Positions 10,579-19,098 of a stretch of DNA of 58,388 nt are shown one piece after another. A program made the translations under genes and the position numbers. The DNA is from Steroidobacteraceae bacterium (GTDB lineage Bacteria > Pseudomonadota > Gammaproteobacteria > Steroidobacterales > Steroidobacteraceae), in the NCBI GenBank assembly GCA_036000265.1, contig DASYGA010000362.1:1-58388 (forward strand), read 5' to 3'. The notes below the pieces were generated by a model that saw nothing but the letters and a program-made list of their open reading frames with translations, made no database searches and was not told where the DNA came from. Positions within the stretch are counted from its first letter, which is position 1. Each line of letters begins with the position of its first letter.

Positions 10579-11467
10579 GGCGTTCGCCGGTCAGCTCGAG
10601 GCTTGGCGCACCCGGATGGAGGCGGCGCTCGCGGCCCGGCTGCCGCGGGCCGACCAGACACCCGAGCGGCTGCACGCGGCGATGCGTTACAGCGTGCTCG
10701 GTGGCGGCAAGCGGGTGCGCCCGATCCTGCTGCTCGCGACGGCGCGTGCGCTCGGACTCGAGGAGCAGCAGGTGGAGGCGGCCGCCTGCGCGCTGGAGTT
10801 GGTCCACGTCTACTCCCTGGTGCACGATGACCTGCCGTCGATGGACGACGATGACCTGCGCCGCGGCCGGCCCACCTGCCACAAGGCCTATGACGAGGCG
10901 ACGGCGCTGTTGGTGGGCGATGCCCTGCAATCCCTCGCCTTCGAGCTGCTCGCCCGCGACCCGGCTCTGCCGGCCGATCCGGCCATCCGCGTGCGTCTGG
11001 TGCAACTGCTTGCCGCTGCGATCGGCAGCGTCGGCATGGCGGGCGGTCAGGCCATCGACCTCGAGGCCGAAGGCCGCAAGCTCGCCATCGCCCAGGTCGA
11101 GCAGATGCACGCCCTGAAGACCGGTGCGCTGATCCGCGCCAGCGTAATGATGGGGGCGGCCTGCGTGCCGACGCTCGAGCCGCAACTGGTGCAGGCGCTC
11201 GCCGGCTTCGCGGCTCCGATCGGACTGGCCTTCCAGATCCAGGATGATCTGCTCGACGTGCTCTCCGATACCGTGACGCTCGGCAAGGCGGCGGGCGCCG
11301 ACCGCGAGCGCGGCAAGCCCACCTATCCGGCCGTCGTCGGCGTGGCGGCCTCCCAGGAGCAGGTACGTCGCCTGCACAGCGCGGCCATGGAATCGCTCGC
11401 GCCGTTCGGCAGCGGCGCGGATGCCCTGCGCGGCGTCACCGACTGGCTGCTCGCCAGGCGCAATTGA
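10562..11467 (+). CDS. ispA: farnesyl diphosphate synthase (geranyltranstransferase)
   Basis: First Asp-rich motif LVHDDLPSMDDDDLRRGRPT and second FQIQDDLLD. GTG start at 10562 (or 10571) overlaps the hpnH end. Confidence 0.9.
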   Translation: MPAVPEAFAGQLEAWRTRMEAALAARLPRADQTPERLHAAMRYSVLGGGKRVRPILLLATARALGLEEQQVEAAACALELVHVYSLVHDDLPSMDDDDLRRGRPTCHKAYDEATALLVGDALQSLAFELLARDPALPADPAIRVRLVQLLAAAIGSVGMAGGQAIDLEAEGRKLAIAQVEQMHALKTGALIRASVMMGAACVPTLEPQLVQALAGFAAPIGLAFQIQDDLLDVLSDTVTLGKAAGADRERGKPTYPAVVGVAASQEQVRRLHSAAMESLAPFGSGADALRGVTDWLLARRN

Positions 11468-11501
11468 CCGGAGGTCCGAGCTCGTGGAATCCGTTTCCGC
11501 C

Positions 11502-12596
11502 ATGTCCGATGAGGCTTACCAGGACGAGATCCTGCCGCACGTCTCGCGTACTTTCGCGCTGACCATCCCGCAGCTTCCGGCGGCGCTTCGCACCGCGGTG
11601 ACCAGCGCATATCTGCTCTGCCGCATCGCCGACACCATCGAGGACGAGCCGGCACTGTCGGCTGCCGACACATTCGTCTTTCTCGAGCGCTTCACCGCGG
11701 TGGTGAGGGGCACGGAGGATGCGGGGCGCCTCGCGCGGGATGTCGTGCCGAGGCTTTCCGACCGCACGCTGCCCGCCGAGCGCGATCTCGTCGCCAACAT
11801 GGACAGGGTCATCCGCGTGGTGGGGGGGTTCGACGAGCGCCAGCGCGCCGCGATCCGCCGCTGCATCGAGGTGATGAGCCGCGGCATGCATCAGTTCCAG
11901 CGCACCGCAAGCCTCAAGGGGCTCGCCCGCTCGACCGACATGGATTCGTACTGCTACTACGTGGCGGGAATCGTCGGCGAGACCCTGACCGAGCTCTTCT
12001 GCGCCTACTCGCCTGCCATCATGCGCCACTACGCCACGCTCTACGAGCTGGCGCCTTCGTTCGGGCAGGGCCTGCAGATGACCAACATCCTCAAGGATGT
12101 CTGGGAGGACCGCAGCCGCGGCGCCTGCTGGCTGCCGCAGGAGGTCTTCAGCCGGTACGGGGTCGACCTCGCTCAGCTCTCGGCGGAGCACAGCGATGAG
12201 CGCTTCCACGCGGGCATGCTGGAGCTCATCGGCGTCGCACACGGCCATCTGCGCAACGCGCTCGCCTTCACGCTCCTCATTCCCGGGGAGGAGGCGGGCA
12301 TCCGGCTCTTCTGCCTGTGGGCGATCGGCCTTGCGGCGCTGACATTGCGCAAGATCCAAACGACGCCCGGATTCACGGCCGGCGCCCAGGTAAAAGTCTC
12401 CCGATCGGCAGTGATGATGACCCGGACACTGACAGGTCTTTCGGTGCGCAACGACCGGATTCTGCGGCAGCTTTTCGCGCGTGCCGCGCGCGGCCTGCCG
12501 CTCGCGGAAGGACAGGTGCCGCGCAAGCCGGCGGTGTACGCCCCCGCGGTGGACGACCTCGGAGCCTCCACGCAGCTCGGAGGCTCGCTCCGATGA
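11502..12596 (+). CDS. sqs: squalene synthase (single-enzyme Sqs type, farnesyl-diphosphate farnesyltransferase)
   Basis: ATG at 11502 inside ORF 11421..12596. VSRTFALTIPQLPAALRTAVTSAYLLCRIADTIEDE and YCYYVAGIVGE resemble bacterial/eukaryote-type SQS rather than HpnC/HpnD. 364 aa. Confidence 0.85.
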   Translation: MSDEAYQDEILPHVSRTFALTIPQLPAALRTAVTSAYLLCRIADTIEDEPALSAADTFVFLERFTAVVRGTEDAGRLARDVVPRLSDRTLPAERDLVANMDRVIRVVGGFDERQRAAIRRCIEVMSRGMHQFQRTASLKGLARSTDMDSYCYYVAGIVGETLTELFCAYSPAIMRHYATLYELAPSFGQGLQMTNILKDVWEDRSRGACWLPQEVFSRYGVDLAQLSAEHSDERFHAGMLELIGVAHGHLRNALAFTLLIPGEEAGIRLFCLWAIGLAALTLRKIQTTPGFTAGAQVKVSRSAVMMTRTLTGLSVRNDRILRQLFARAARGLPLAEGQVPRKPAVYAPAVDDLGASTQLGGSLR

Positions 12597-14521
12597 ATGC
12601 GGCCGCGGCGCAGAGCGCCCGTTATCCGAGCAATCTCGACAAGGCGATCGGCGCGGCGCGGGACGCGCTCATCCGAACACAGAAGCCCGACGGGCACTGG
12701 CTGTTCGAGCTCGAGGCCGACTGCACCATTCCGGCCGAATACATCCTGATGATGCATTATCTGGATGAGATCGAGCCGGAGCTCGAGCGCAAGCTGGCGG
12801 TTTACCTGCGCGAGCACCAGGCCGCCCATGGCGGCTGGCCGCTCTACTTCGGTGGCGAGCTCGACTTGAGCTGCACCGTAAAGGCGTACTACGCGCTGAA
12901 GCTGGCGGGGGATGATCCGCAGGCGCCCCACATGCGTCGCGCCCGCGAGGCGATCCTCGCGCGCGGTGGCGCAGCGCACGTCAACGTCTTCACGCGGATC
13001 GCGCTCGCGCTTTTCGGCCAGGTTCCCTGGCGGGCGGTGCCCTACATCCCCGTCGAGATCATGTTGATGCCGAAGTGGTTCCCGTTCCACATCGACAAGG
13101 TCTCCTACTGGTCGCGGACCGTGATGGTGCCGCTGTTCGTGCTCTGCACGGTGAAGCCCTTGGCACGCAACCCGCGGCGGGTGGATGTGCGCGAGCTCTT
13201 CACCCAGCCGCCGGAAGAGGAGCGCCACTATTTCCGGCTGCCGCGCGAGGGAAAACTGCTCGCGCGGATATTCTTCGGCATCGATCGCCTGGCGCGCTGC
13301 ATCGACCCGCTGATCCCGGCGGCGATGCGCAAGGCCGCTATGCGGCGTGCCGAGGCCTGGGTGCTCGAGCGCCTCAATGGCGAGGACGGGCTCGGCGCGA
13401 TCTTTCCCGCCATGGTGAACGCGCTCGAGATGATGGTGCTGCTCGGCTACCCCGCGGATGATCCGCGACGGGTCACCGCCAAGCGCGCGATCCAGAAGCT
13501 TCTGGTGATCAAGGGCGAGAGGGCGTACTGCCAGCCCTGCGTCTCACCCGTGTGGGATACGGCGCTGGCGGCGCTTGCCATGCAGGAGGCCGGCGACAGC
13601 CAGTCGGTCCACGCCGCCGTGCGCGCGCTCGACTGGCTCGTGCCGCGGCAGGTGCTGGAGGATGTCGGGGACTGGCGCGCGCGCCGGCCAGGCGTGCGCG
13701 GCGGCGGCTGGGCGTTCCAGTTTGGCAACGCGCACTATCCCGACCTCGACGACACGGCGGTGGTCGCCTGGGCCATGCATCAGGCGCGCTTGCCGCAGCG
13801 CTACGGTGTGGCAATCGAGCGGGCGCTCGACTGGCTGGTCGGCATGCAGAGCGAGAACGGCGGCTTTGCCGCTTTCGATGCTGACAACACCCATTACAAC
13901 CTCAACTACATCCCGTTCGCGGATCACGGCGCACTGCTCGATCCGCCGACCAGCGACGTGACGGCGCGCGTGCTCTCCGTGCTGTCGCTCATCGGCCGGC
14001 CGCAGGATCGTATCGCGATCGAGCGCGCCCTGGCTTATCTGCGGCGGGAGCAGGAGGCCGACGGCTCCTGGTTCGGCCGCTGGGGCAGCAATTTCATCTA
14101 TGGAACCTGGTCGGTGCTCATGGCGCTGGAGCTTGCCGGCGTCCCGGCCGAAGACCCCGCGGTGCGCCGCGCCGTGGTTTGGCTCCTGTCGCGACAGAAC
14201 GAGGACGGCGGCTGGGGCGAGAGCAACGACAGCTACGACCTGGAGAAGTACCGCGAGAGCAGTTTCGAAAGTACGCCGTATCAGACAGCGTGGGCGGTGC
14301 TGGCGCTCATCGCCGCGGGCGAAGGCAGATCGCCGGCAGTGGGACGCGGCATCGACTACCTGCTGCGCACCCAGGAGAGCGACGGACTGTGGTCGCATCC
14401 GACCTTCACCGCGCCCGGGTTCCCGCGGGTGTTTTATCTGAAGTATCACGGCTACAGCGCCTTCTTTCCGCTCTGGGCGCTCGCCGCCCATCGCCGCAGC
14501 GCCGAGCCGCCTCTGTCTTGA
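12593..14521 (+). CDS. shc: squalene-hopene cyclase
   Basis: ATG at 12593 overlaps the sqs stop (ATGA). DGHWLFELEADCTIPAEYILMMHYL, the DxDDTA motif (YPDLDDTAVVAW) and repeated QW-type segments (QNEDGGWGE). 642 aa. Confidence 0.95.
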   Translation: MNAAAAQSARYPSNLDKAIGAARDALIRTQKPDGHWLFELEADCTIPAEYILMMHYLDEIEPELERKLAVYLREHQAAHGGWPLYFGGELDLSCTVKAYYALKLAGDDPQAPHMRRAREAILARGGAAHVNVFTRIALALFGQVPWRAVPYIPVEIMLMPKWFPFHIDKVSYWSRTVMVPLFVLCTVKPLARNPRRVDVRELFTQPPEEERHYFRLPREGKLLARIFFGIDRLARCIDPLIPAAMRKAAMRRAEAWVLERLNGEDGLGAIFPAMVNALEMMVLLGYPADDPRRVTAKRAIQKLLVIKGERAYCQPCVSPVWDTALAALAMQEAGDSQSVHAAVRALDWLVPRQVLEDVGDWRARRPGVRGGGWAFQFGNAHYPDLDDTAVVAWAMHQARLPQRYGVAIERALDWLVGMQSENGGFAAFDADNTHYNLNYIPFADHGALLDPPTSDVTARVLSVLSLIGRPQDRIAIERALAYLRREQEADGSWFGRWGSNFIYGTWSVLMALELAGVPAEDPAVRRAVVWLLSRQNEDGGWGESNDSYDLEKYRESSFESTPYQTAWAVLALIAAGEGRSPAVGRGIDYLLRTQESDGLWSHPTFTAPGFPRVFYLKYHGYSAFFPLWALAAHRRSAEPPLS

Positions 14522-15267
14522 AGCCCATCGGCATCGTCTCGGCGCTCGCCGCCGAGGCGCGCACCCTCGGGCCCGCGGCGCCCCATGGGGCGGGTGTGAG
14601 TCAGCTCGCCGATGGGGCGCTGCTGGCCGTGAGCGGGATGGGGGAGAGCGCCGCGGCCGCCGCGGCGCGCAGGCTGGTGCTGGCGGGCGCCACGGCCCTG
14701 GTGAGCTTCGGGATGGCCGGGGGACTCGATCCGGCACTGATCTGCGGCACCGTGCTGCTGCCGGACGAAGTCGCGGTCTGTGGCCGCGGCGATCCGGAAA
14801 GCACGGGCTGCGCCACCTCGCGGGAGTGGCGGCAGCGCCTGCGCGCCGCCCTGCCGGTCTCGTGCATCGTGTGCGAAGGCAAGCTCCTCACGAGCGCGCG
14901 CCCGCTCGGCCATCCGGATGCCAAGGCGGCAGCTTGGCGAGCTTTCCGCGCCGCTGCGGTCGATATGGAGAGCGCCGCCATCGCGCAGGTCGCCGGACAG
15001 GCCGGGCTGCCATTCATCGCGCTGCGGGTCATCGTCGATACGGCCTCCGATGAGTTGCCTGCGGCGGTCATCGCCGCAAGCGCCGGTGGACAACTGCGGA
15101 TCGGGGTGCTGCTCACGGGTCTGCTGCGCGCGCCGGGCGATGTCGGAGGCTTGATACGCCTCTCCGCGCGCTACCGTATCGCGCGGCGCGTGCTCACGGC
15201 CGCGGCCCGGCCGGGATCGGCATCGCGGCGCGCGCTGGTCGGCGGTCCTGAGGGACGGACATCATGA
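14518..15267 (+). CDS. hpnG: hopanoid-associated phosphorylase / adenosylhopane nucleosidase HpnG
   Basis: TTG at 14518 overlaps the shc stop. PNP/UDP-phosphorylase-like segments IGIVSALAAEARTL, SFGMAGGLDP and AAAVDMESAAIAQ. Confidence 0.8.
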   Translation: MKPIGIVSALAAEARTLGPAAPHGAGVSQLADGALLAVSGMGESAAAAAARRLVLAGATALVSFGMAGGLDPALICGTVLLPDEVAVCGRGDPESTGCATSREWRQRLRAALPVSCIVCEGKLLTSARPLGHPDAKAAAWRAFRAAAVDMESAAIAQVAGQAGLPFIALRVIVDTASDELPAAVIAASAGGQLRIGVLLTGLLRAPGDVGGLIRLSARYRIARRVLTAAARPGSASRRALVGGPEGRTS

Positions 15268-16325
15268 GATCGCCCGGAGCACCCTTTGACGCGGCGCAGC
15301 CGCGGCCCGGAACGGGCGAGACTCGCGATGGGCCGGGCAAAGCTCTGGTGACCGGGGCGACCGGATTCGTCGGTGCCGCGGTCGTTCGCGCACTCCTTGC
15401 CGAGGGGTGGCAGGTGCGTGCGCTGGTGCGCGCGGGGTCGGACCGGCGCAACGTCGCAGCGCTCGCGGTCGAGCAGGTCGTGGGTGATCTGACGGACAGC
15501 GCATCCCTGGAACGGGCGCTCGCGGGATGCCAGGCTGCCTTTCACGTGGCCGCCGATTACAGGCTGTGGGCGCCGCGGCCGCAGGAGCTCTATTGCACCA
15601 ATGTCGATGGCACCGGGCACCTCCTCGATGCGGCCCGGAGCGCGGGGGTGCGGCGCATCGTGTACACGAGCAGCGTTGCAGCCGTGGGACTGCCCGAGGA
15701 CGGCCGGCCGGGCGCTGAAGATACTCCCGTGGGACTCGACGACATGATCGGTCACTACAAGCGCTCGAAGTTTCTCGCCGAAGAGCGCGCACGCGCAGCG
15801 GCGGCCGCCGGCGTGCCGGTCGTGATCGTCAATCCCTCCACGCCCATCGGGCCGGGGGACGTCAAGCCGACACCCACGGGCCAGATCGTGCTCGATGCGG
15901 CCCGCGGCCGCACGCCGGCCTATGTCGATACGGGACTCAACATCGCGCACGTGGACGATATCGCGGCGGGCCACCTGCTGGCCTTTCATCGCGGGCGGAT
16001 CGGCGAGCGCTACATTTTGGGCGGTGAGGACATGACACTGCGTCAGATCCTGACCCTCATCGCACAACTCGTCGGCCGAAGGCCGCCTCGCATCCGGCTG
16101 CCGCATGCCGCCGTCCTCCCCGTGGCATACGTGGCGGAGCTCTACGCGAGATTGACCGGCCGTCCCACGCGCGTGACGGTGGAAGGGGTGCGCATGTCCC
16201 GCAAGCATATGTTCTTCTCGAGCGACAAGGCCGTGCGCGAGCTTGGGTACGGATGGCGGCCGCCCGCAGAGGCGTTTGCCGATGCGCTGCGCTGGTTTCG
16301 CGAGCACGGTTATCTCGCAGACTAG
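15264..16325 (+). CDS. hpnA: hopanoid-associated NAD-dependent sugar epimerase/dehydratase-like HpnA
   Basis: Rossmann motif VTGATGFVGAAVVRAL and YxxxK (HYKRSKFLAE). The ATG overlaps the hpnG stop (ATGA). Confidence 0.85.
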   Translation: MRSPGAPFDAAQPRPGTGETRDGPGKALVTGATGFVGAAVVRALLAEGWQVRALVRAGSDRRNVAALAVEQVVGDLTDSASLERALAGCQAAFHVAADYRLWAPRPQELYCTNVDGTGHLLDAARSAGVRRIVYTSSVAAVGLPEDGRPGAEDTPVGLDDMIGHYKRSKFLAEERARAAAAAGVPVVIVNPSTPIGPGDVKPTPTGQIVLDAARGRTPAYVDTGLNIAHVDDIAAGHLLAFHRGRIGERYILGGEDMTLRQILTLIAQLVGRRPPRIRLPHAAVLPVAYVAELYARLTGRPTRVTVEGVRMSRKHMFFSSDKAVRELGYGWRPPAEAFADALRWFREHGYLAD

Positions 16326-16365
16326 AAGGGGCACAGACTAGAAGGGGCACAGACTAGAAGGGGTA
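16318..16365. repeat. 3 x 16-bp perfect/near-perfect tandem repeat (CAGACTAGAAGGGGCA) spanning two convergent stop codons
   Basis: Copies at 16318-16333, 16334-16349 and 16350-16365, the last with C to T at its 15th base. Copy 1 carries the hpnA TAG. Copy 3 carries the stop (CTA) and last codons (..YPF) of the Omp85 gene. Confidence 0.9.
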
Positions 16366-17790
16366 TCCTATGCCCGTGAAGACCGCGATGCCTTCGTGGC
16401 CTTTGCCGATGTCCACGTAGCCGACGACCGAGGGCGGTGCGATCCCGCGGAATCCCACTCCCATCACATTGTGCAGGTGTCTGACCGGAAACGTGCTGGT
16501 GCCGTGGAAGACCCGTCCGGTATCGAAGAACGGGGCGACCTGCAGGTCGATATGCGTCCCGAGCGCGTCGATCGAGAGGACGGTCTGGCGCAGCTCGATG
16601 TTGGCGGAGAAGGAGTTGCGGTCGTAGAAGCGCCCGTCGCCGTAACCCCTCAGGGTCTGCGAGCCGCCCAGGGTGCTCGTGTCGCCGCCCAGGCTGCTCA
16701 GCGCCCAGAAAGGCACGTGGTGCGCGGTGGGCTCGTAGCGCAGAGCCACGTGAGTCGCCACCACGAGCGAGTGATACGGCGACCAGTAGAACCGCGCATC
16801 GCCGCCGGCCTCCGTGAAGAGTGAATTGTCCAACTCGACGTTACGGCTCGCGATACCGCCGTAAGCGACGAGCTCCATGCCTCGGGTGGGAATCACGATG
16901 TCGTCACGGGTGTCGTAGACCAGCGAGATGCGATTCAGCAGCTCGTGCGTGGTGCCGATGCCGATGATGTCCGCGAACCGCTCGGTGATCGGCGGCACGC
17001 CCTTGAGATCTCCAGCCAGAACCTTGACCTTCCTTGCGGTGAAGGTGTACGCCAGCTGCCAGGCATGGGTGATGTTCCAGCCCACCGTGGTGGTGACGCC
17101 GAGCTGCTGGTCCGTGTAGACAGTCTGATTGATCTTGAAGGAGTTGTTGCCGATACCGTAGAAGCGGGGCGTGCCGCTGCGATCGTAGAGGCCCTCGACC
17201 GTGAGCGACAGGAGCTTGTGCCGCAGGAGCCCGGTCTGATAGAGCGCATCGAGTGTGCTCTCGATGTGCTGCTCCCCGCCGCCGACGATCGACCACTGGG
17301 TGTCCTCCGACGGGAACGCGAGGATGCGGCCGTGCGCGCCCCAGCCGAAGTACGGGTTGTGCATGATGTCGGGCGCGACGATGGCGGTGATCTCGCTGCG
17401 GGAATTGGTCACCAGCATCGTCGGAATGATGCCGAGCGTGGTGCCGCTGTTGGGGTCCACCGCCGTGAGCGGAACCGGCAGCACGGGCCAGGTGGTGGGA
17501 TTCAGCCAGTTGACGTTCCGCCGCGGTCTCGCAGTTTGGGGCGCGAGCGGCCGGATCGGCCCCTGGATCTGCGGCGCATGGACGGGTGCGGGCGGCGCGG
17601 CGGCGGGGGCGCCTTGCGCTGCGGCGGGGCGCGCCGCGAGGCAAAGCGGCACCGCGGCGATCAGCCCGAGCGCTGCACGGATGGACGGGCTTGGGCTATG
17701 CTTAACGAAACACACGTCTTTCAAGGCAATCAGCACGCTCTCCGCGGCGTTGGGACCGCGGCTTCGGTTGCAGATCAAGGAAGCCAGCAT
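16354..17790 (-). CDS. Omp85/surface-antigen (D15) family outer-membrane beta-barrel, apparently without POTRA domains
   Basis: LRGYGDGRFYD (L6 RGY/F motif), APFFDTGRVF (FxDxG-like) and a C-terminal ...GIGYPF aromatic end. Signal-like AALGLIAAVPLCLAARPAAAQ followed by a Pro/Ala-rich linker. An alternative GTG start at 17715 gives a cleaner signal peptide. Confidence 0.8.
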   Translation of the reverse strand: MLASLICNRSRGPNAAESVLIALKDVCFVKHSPSPSIRAALGLIAAVPLCLAARPAAAQGAPAAAPPAPVHAPQIQGPIRPLAPQTARPRRNVNWLNPTTWPVLPVPLTAVDPNSGTTLGIIPTMLVTNSRSEITAIVAPDIMHNPYFGWGAHGRILAFPSEDTQWSIVGGGEQHIESTLDALYQTGLLRHKLLSLTVEGLYDRSGTPRFYGIGNNSFKINQTVYTDQQLGVTTTVGWNITHAWQLAYTFTARKVKVLAGDLKGVPPITERFADIIGIGTTHELLNRISLVYDTRDDIVIPTRGMELVAYGGIASRNVELDNSLFTEAGGDARFYWSPYHSLVVATHVALRYEPTAHHVPFWALSSLGGDTSTLGGSQTLRGYGDGRFYDRNSFSANIELRQTVLSIDALGTHIDLQVAPFFDTGRVFHGTSTFPVRHLHNVMGVGFRGIAPPSVVGYVDIGKGHEGIAVFTGIGYPF

Positions 17791-17889
17791 GGCGAAAAGG
17801 TGGGCCGATTATATCTATCCGCGGACTGGCGGTCTTGCGGACCGGGTTGCAGGGTCAGGCGAGGTCGTGCCTCAGCTGTCGGTTGCGCA

Positions 17890-19089
17890 ATGACCCTCGC
17901 TTACGCCGCCGCAGCGGTGCCCTTGGCCATCTGGACTTACCTTCTGCTGGGGCGCGGTGGCTTCTGGTCGATCGCGCGCGCGTTGCAACCGCGGCCGCCA
18001 TCCAGTGCCGATGGCCGCGCGAGTCCAATGGCCAGTCGATCTGCCAGCCGATTTGTAATAGCCGTGATACCCGCACGCGACGAAGCGGACGGGATCGGCA
18101 GAGCCGTGAGCTCGTTGCTGGCGCAGACACTGTCACCACCCGTCCATGTGATCGTTGTCGATGACGGCAGCACGGATGGGACCGCCGCGGAGGCAAAGCG
18201 GGCTGCCGAAGCCGCGGCCGCCGGCGAGCGGCTGACGGTGCTGCCCGGCAAGCCGCCGGCTCCAGGCTGGACGGGCAAGCTCTGGGCCATGTCGCAGGGA
18301 GTTGCCGCTGCCACCGCGCACAATCCAGGCTTCCTGCTGCTCACCGACGCCGATATCGAGTACGCGCCCGGCGATGTCGCGCAGCTCGCCGGTCAGGCCG
18401 AGGCGGAGCATCTCGATCTGGTCTCGCTCATGGTGCGGCTCTCGACGGCCACGCTCGCGGAGCGCTGTCTCATCCCGGCTTTCGTGTTTTTCTTTCTCAA
18501 GCTCTATCCTCCGGGTTGGATCGCATCGCCGCGGTTCTCCACGGCGGGCGCCGCTGGCGGTTGCATGCTGATCCGCCCGGCGGCGCTGGCGCACGCCGGA
18601 GGGCTGGCCGCGATCCGCAGCTGCATCATCGACGACTGCGCGCTCGCACAGGCGGTCAAATCCAGCGGCGGGCGCATCTGGCTGGGCCTCGCGCGGCAAA
18701 CACGCAGCCTGCGGGTGTATGGCACCTTCGCTGAGGTGGGCGCCATGATCTCGCGCACTGCCTTCAACCAGCTGAGGCACTCGTATCTGACCCTCGCCGC
18801 GACATTGCTCGGGCTCCTCGTCACTTACCTGGCGCCGCCGCTGCTGCTGCTGAGCGGCGAGCCGGTACTGATCGGACTGGGCGCCGCCGCGTGGCTGCTG
18901 ATGACCGCCTGCTATCTGCCGATGGTGCGCTTCTATCGCCTCCCAGCCGCTTACGCGCTGACCCTGCCAGCCGTTGCGCTCTTCTACGCGGCCGCCACGG
19001 TCCGCTCCGCCGTCGAATACGCCGCGGGACGCGGCGGAAGATGGAAGGGCAGGGTGCAGGACGTGCGCTCGGGCAAGACCGGCGCTTAG
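17890..19089 (+). CDS. hpnB: hopene-associated glycosyltransferase HpnB (GT2)
   Basis: ATG at 17890 inside ORF 16945..19089; the upstream part is antisense to the OMP gene. VIPARDEADGIG, VVDDGSTDGT, LLTDADIEYAP and C-terminal TM helices. Confidence 0.85.
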   Translation: MTLAYAAAAVPLAIWTYLLLGRGGFWSIARALQPRPPSSADGRASPMASRSASRFVIAVIPARDEADGIGRAVSSLLAQTLSPPVHVIVVDDGSTDGTAAEAKRAAEAAAAGERLTVLPGKPPAPGWTGKLWAMSQGVAAATAHNPGFLLLTDADIEYAPGDVAQLAGQAEAEHLDLVSLMVRLSTATLAERCLIPAFVFFFLKLYPPGWIASPRFSTAGAAGGCMLIRPAALAHAGGLAAIRSCIIDDCALAQAVKSSGGRIWLGLARQTRSLRVYGTFAEVGAMISRTAFNQLRHSYLTLAATLLGLLVTYLAPPLLLLSGEPVLIGLGAAAWLLMTACYLPMVRFYRLPAAYALTLPAVALFYAAATVRSAVEYAAGRGGRWKGRVQDVRSGKTGA

Positions 19090-19098
19090 CCGCGTATC

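Noticed and set aside
10142-14737. Long antisense or alternative-frame ORFs over ispA, sqs and shc (10142..11503-, 11436..12359-, 12173..13228-, 13544..14737-, 12317..12592+)
   Set aside because: They overlap genes with strong family motifs on the other strand or frame. Their translations are dominated by R/A/G/P, the usual stop-codon-poor artefact of high-GC sequence.
16945-17889. 5' part of the 714-aa plus-strand ORF that ends as hpnB
   Set aside because: It is antisense to the Omp85 gene and has no domain signatures. hpnB has a sensible ATG at 17890 with an N-terminal TM helix.
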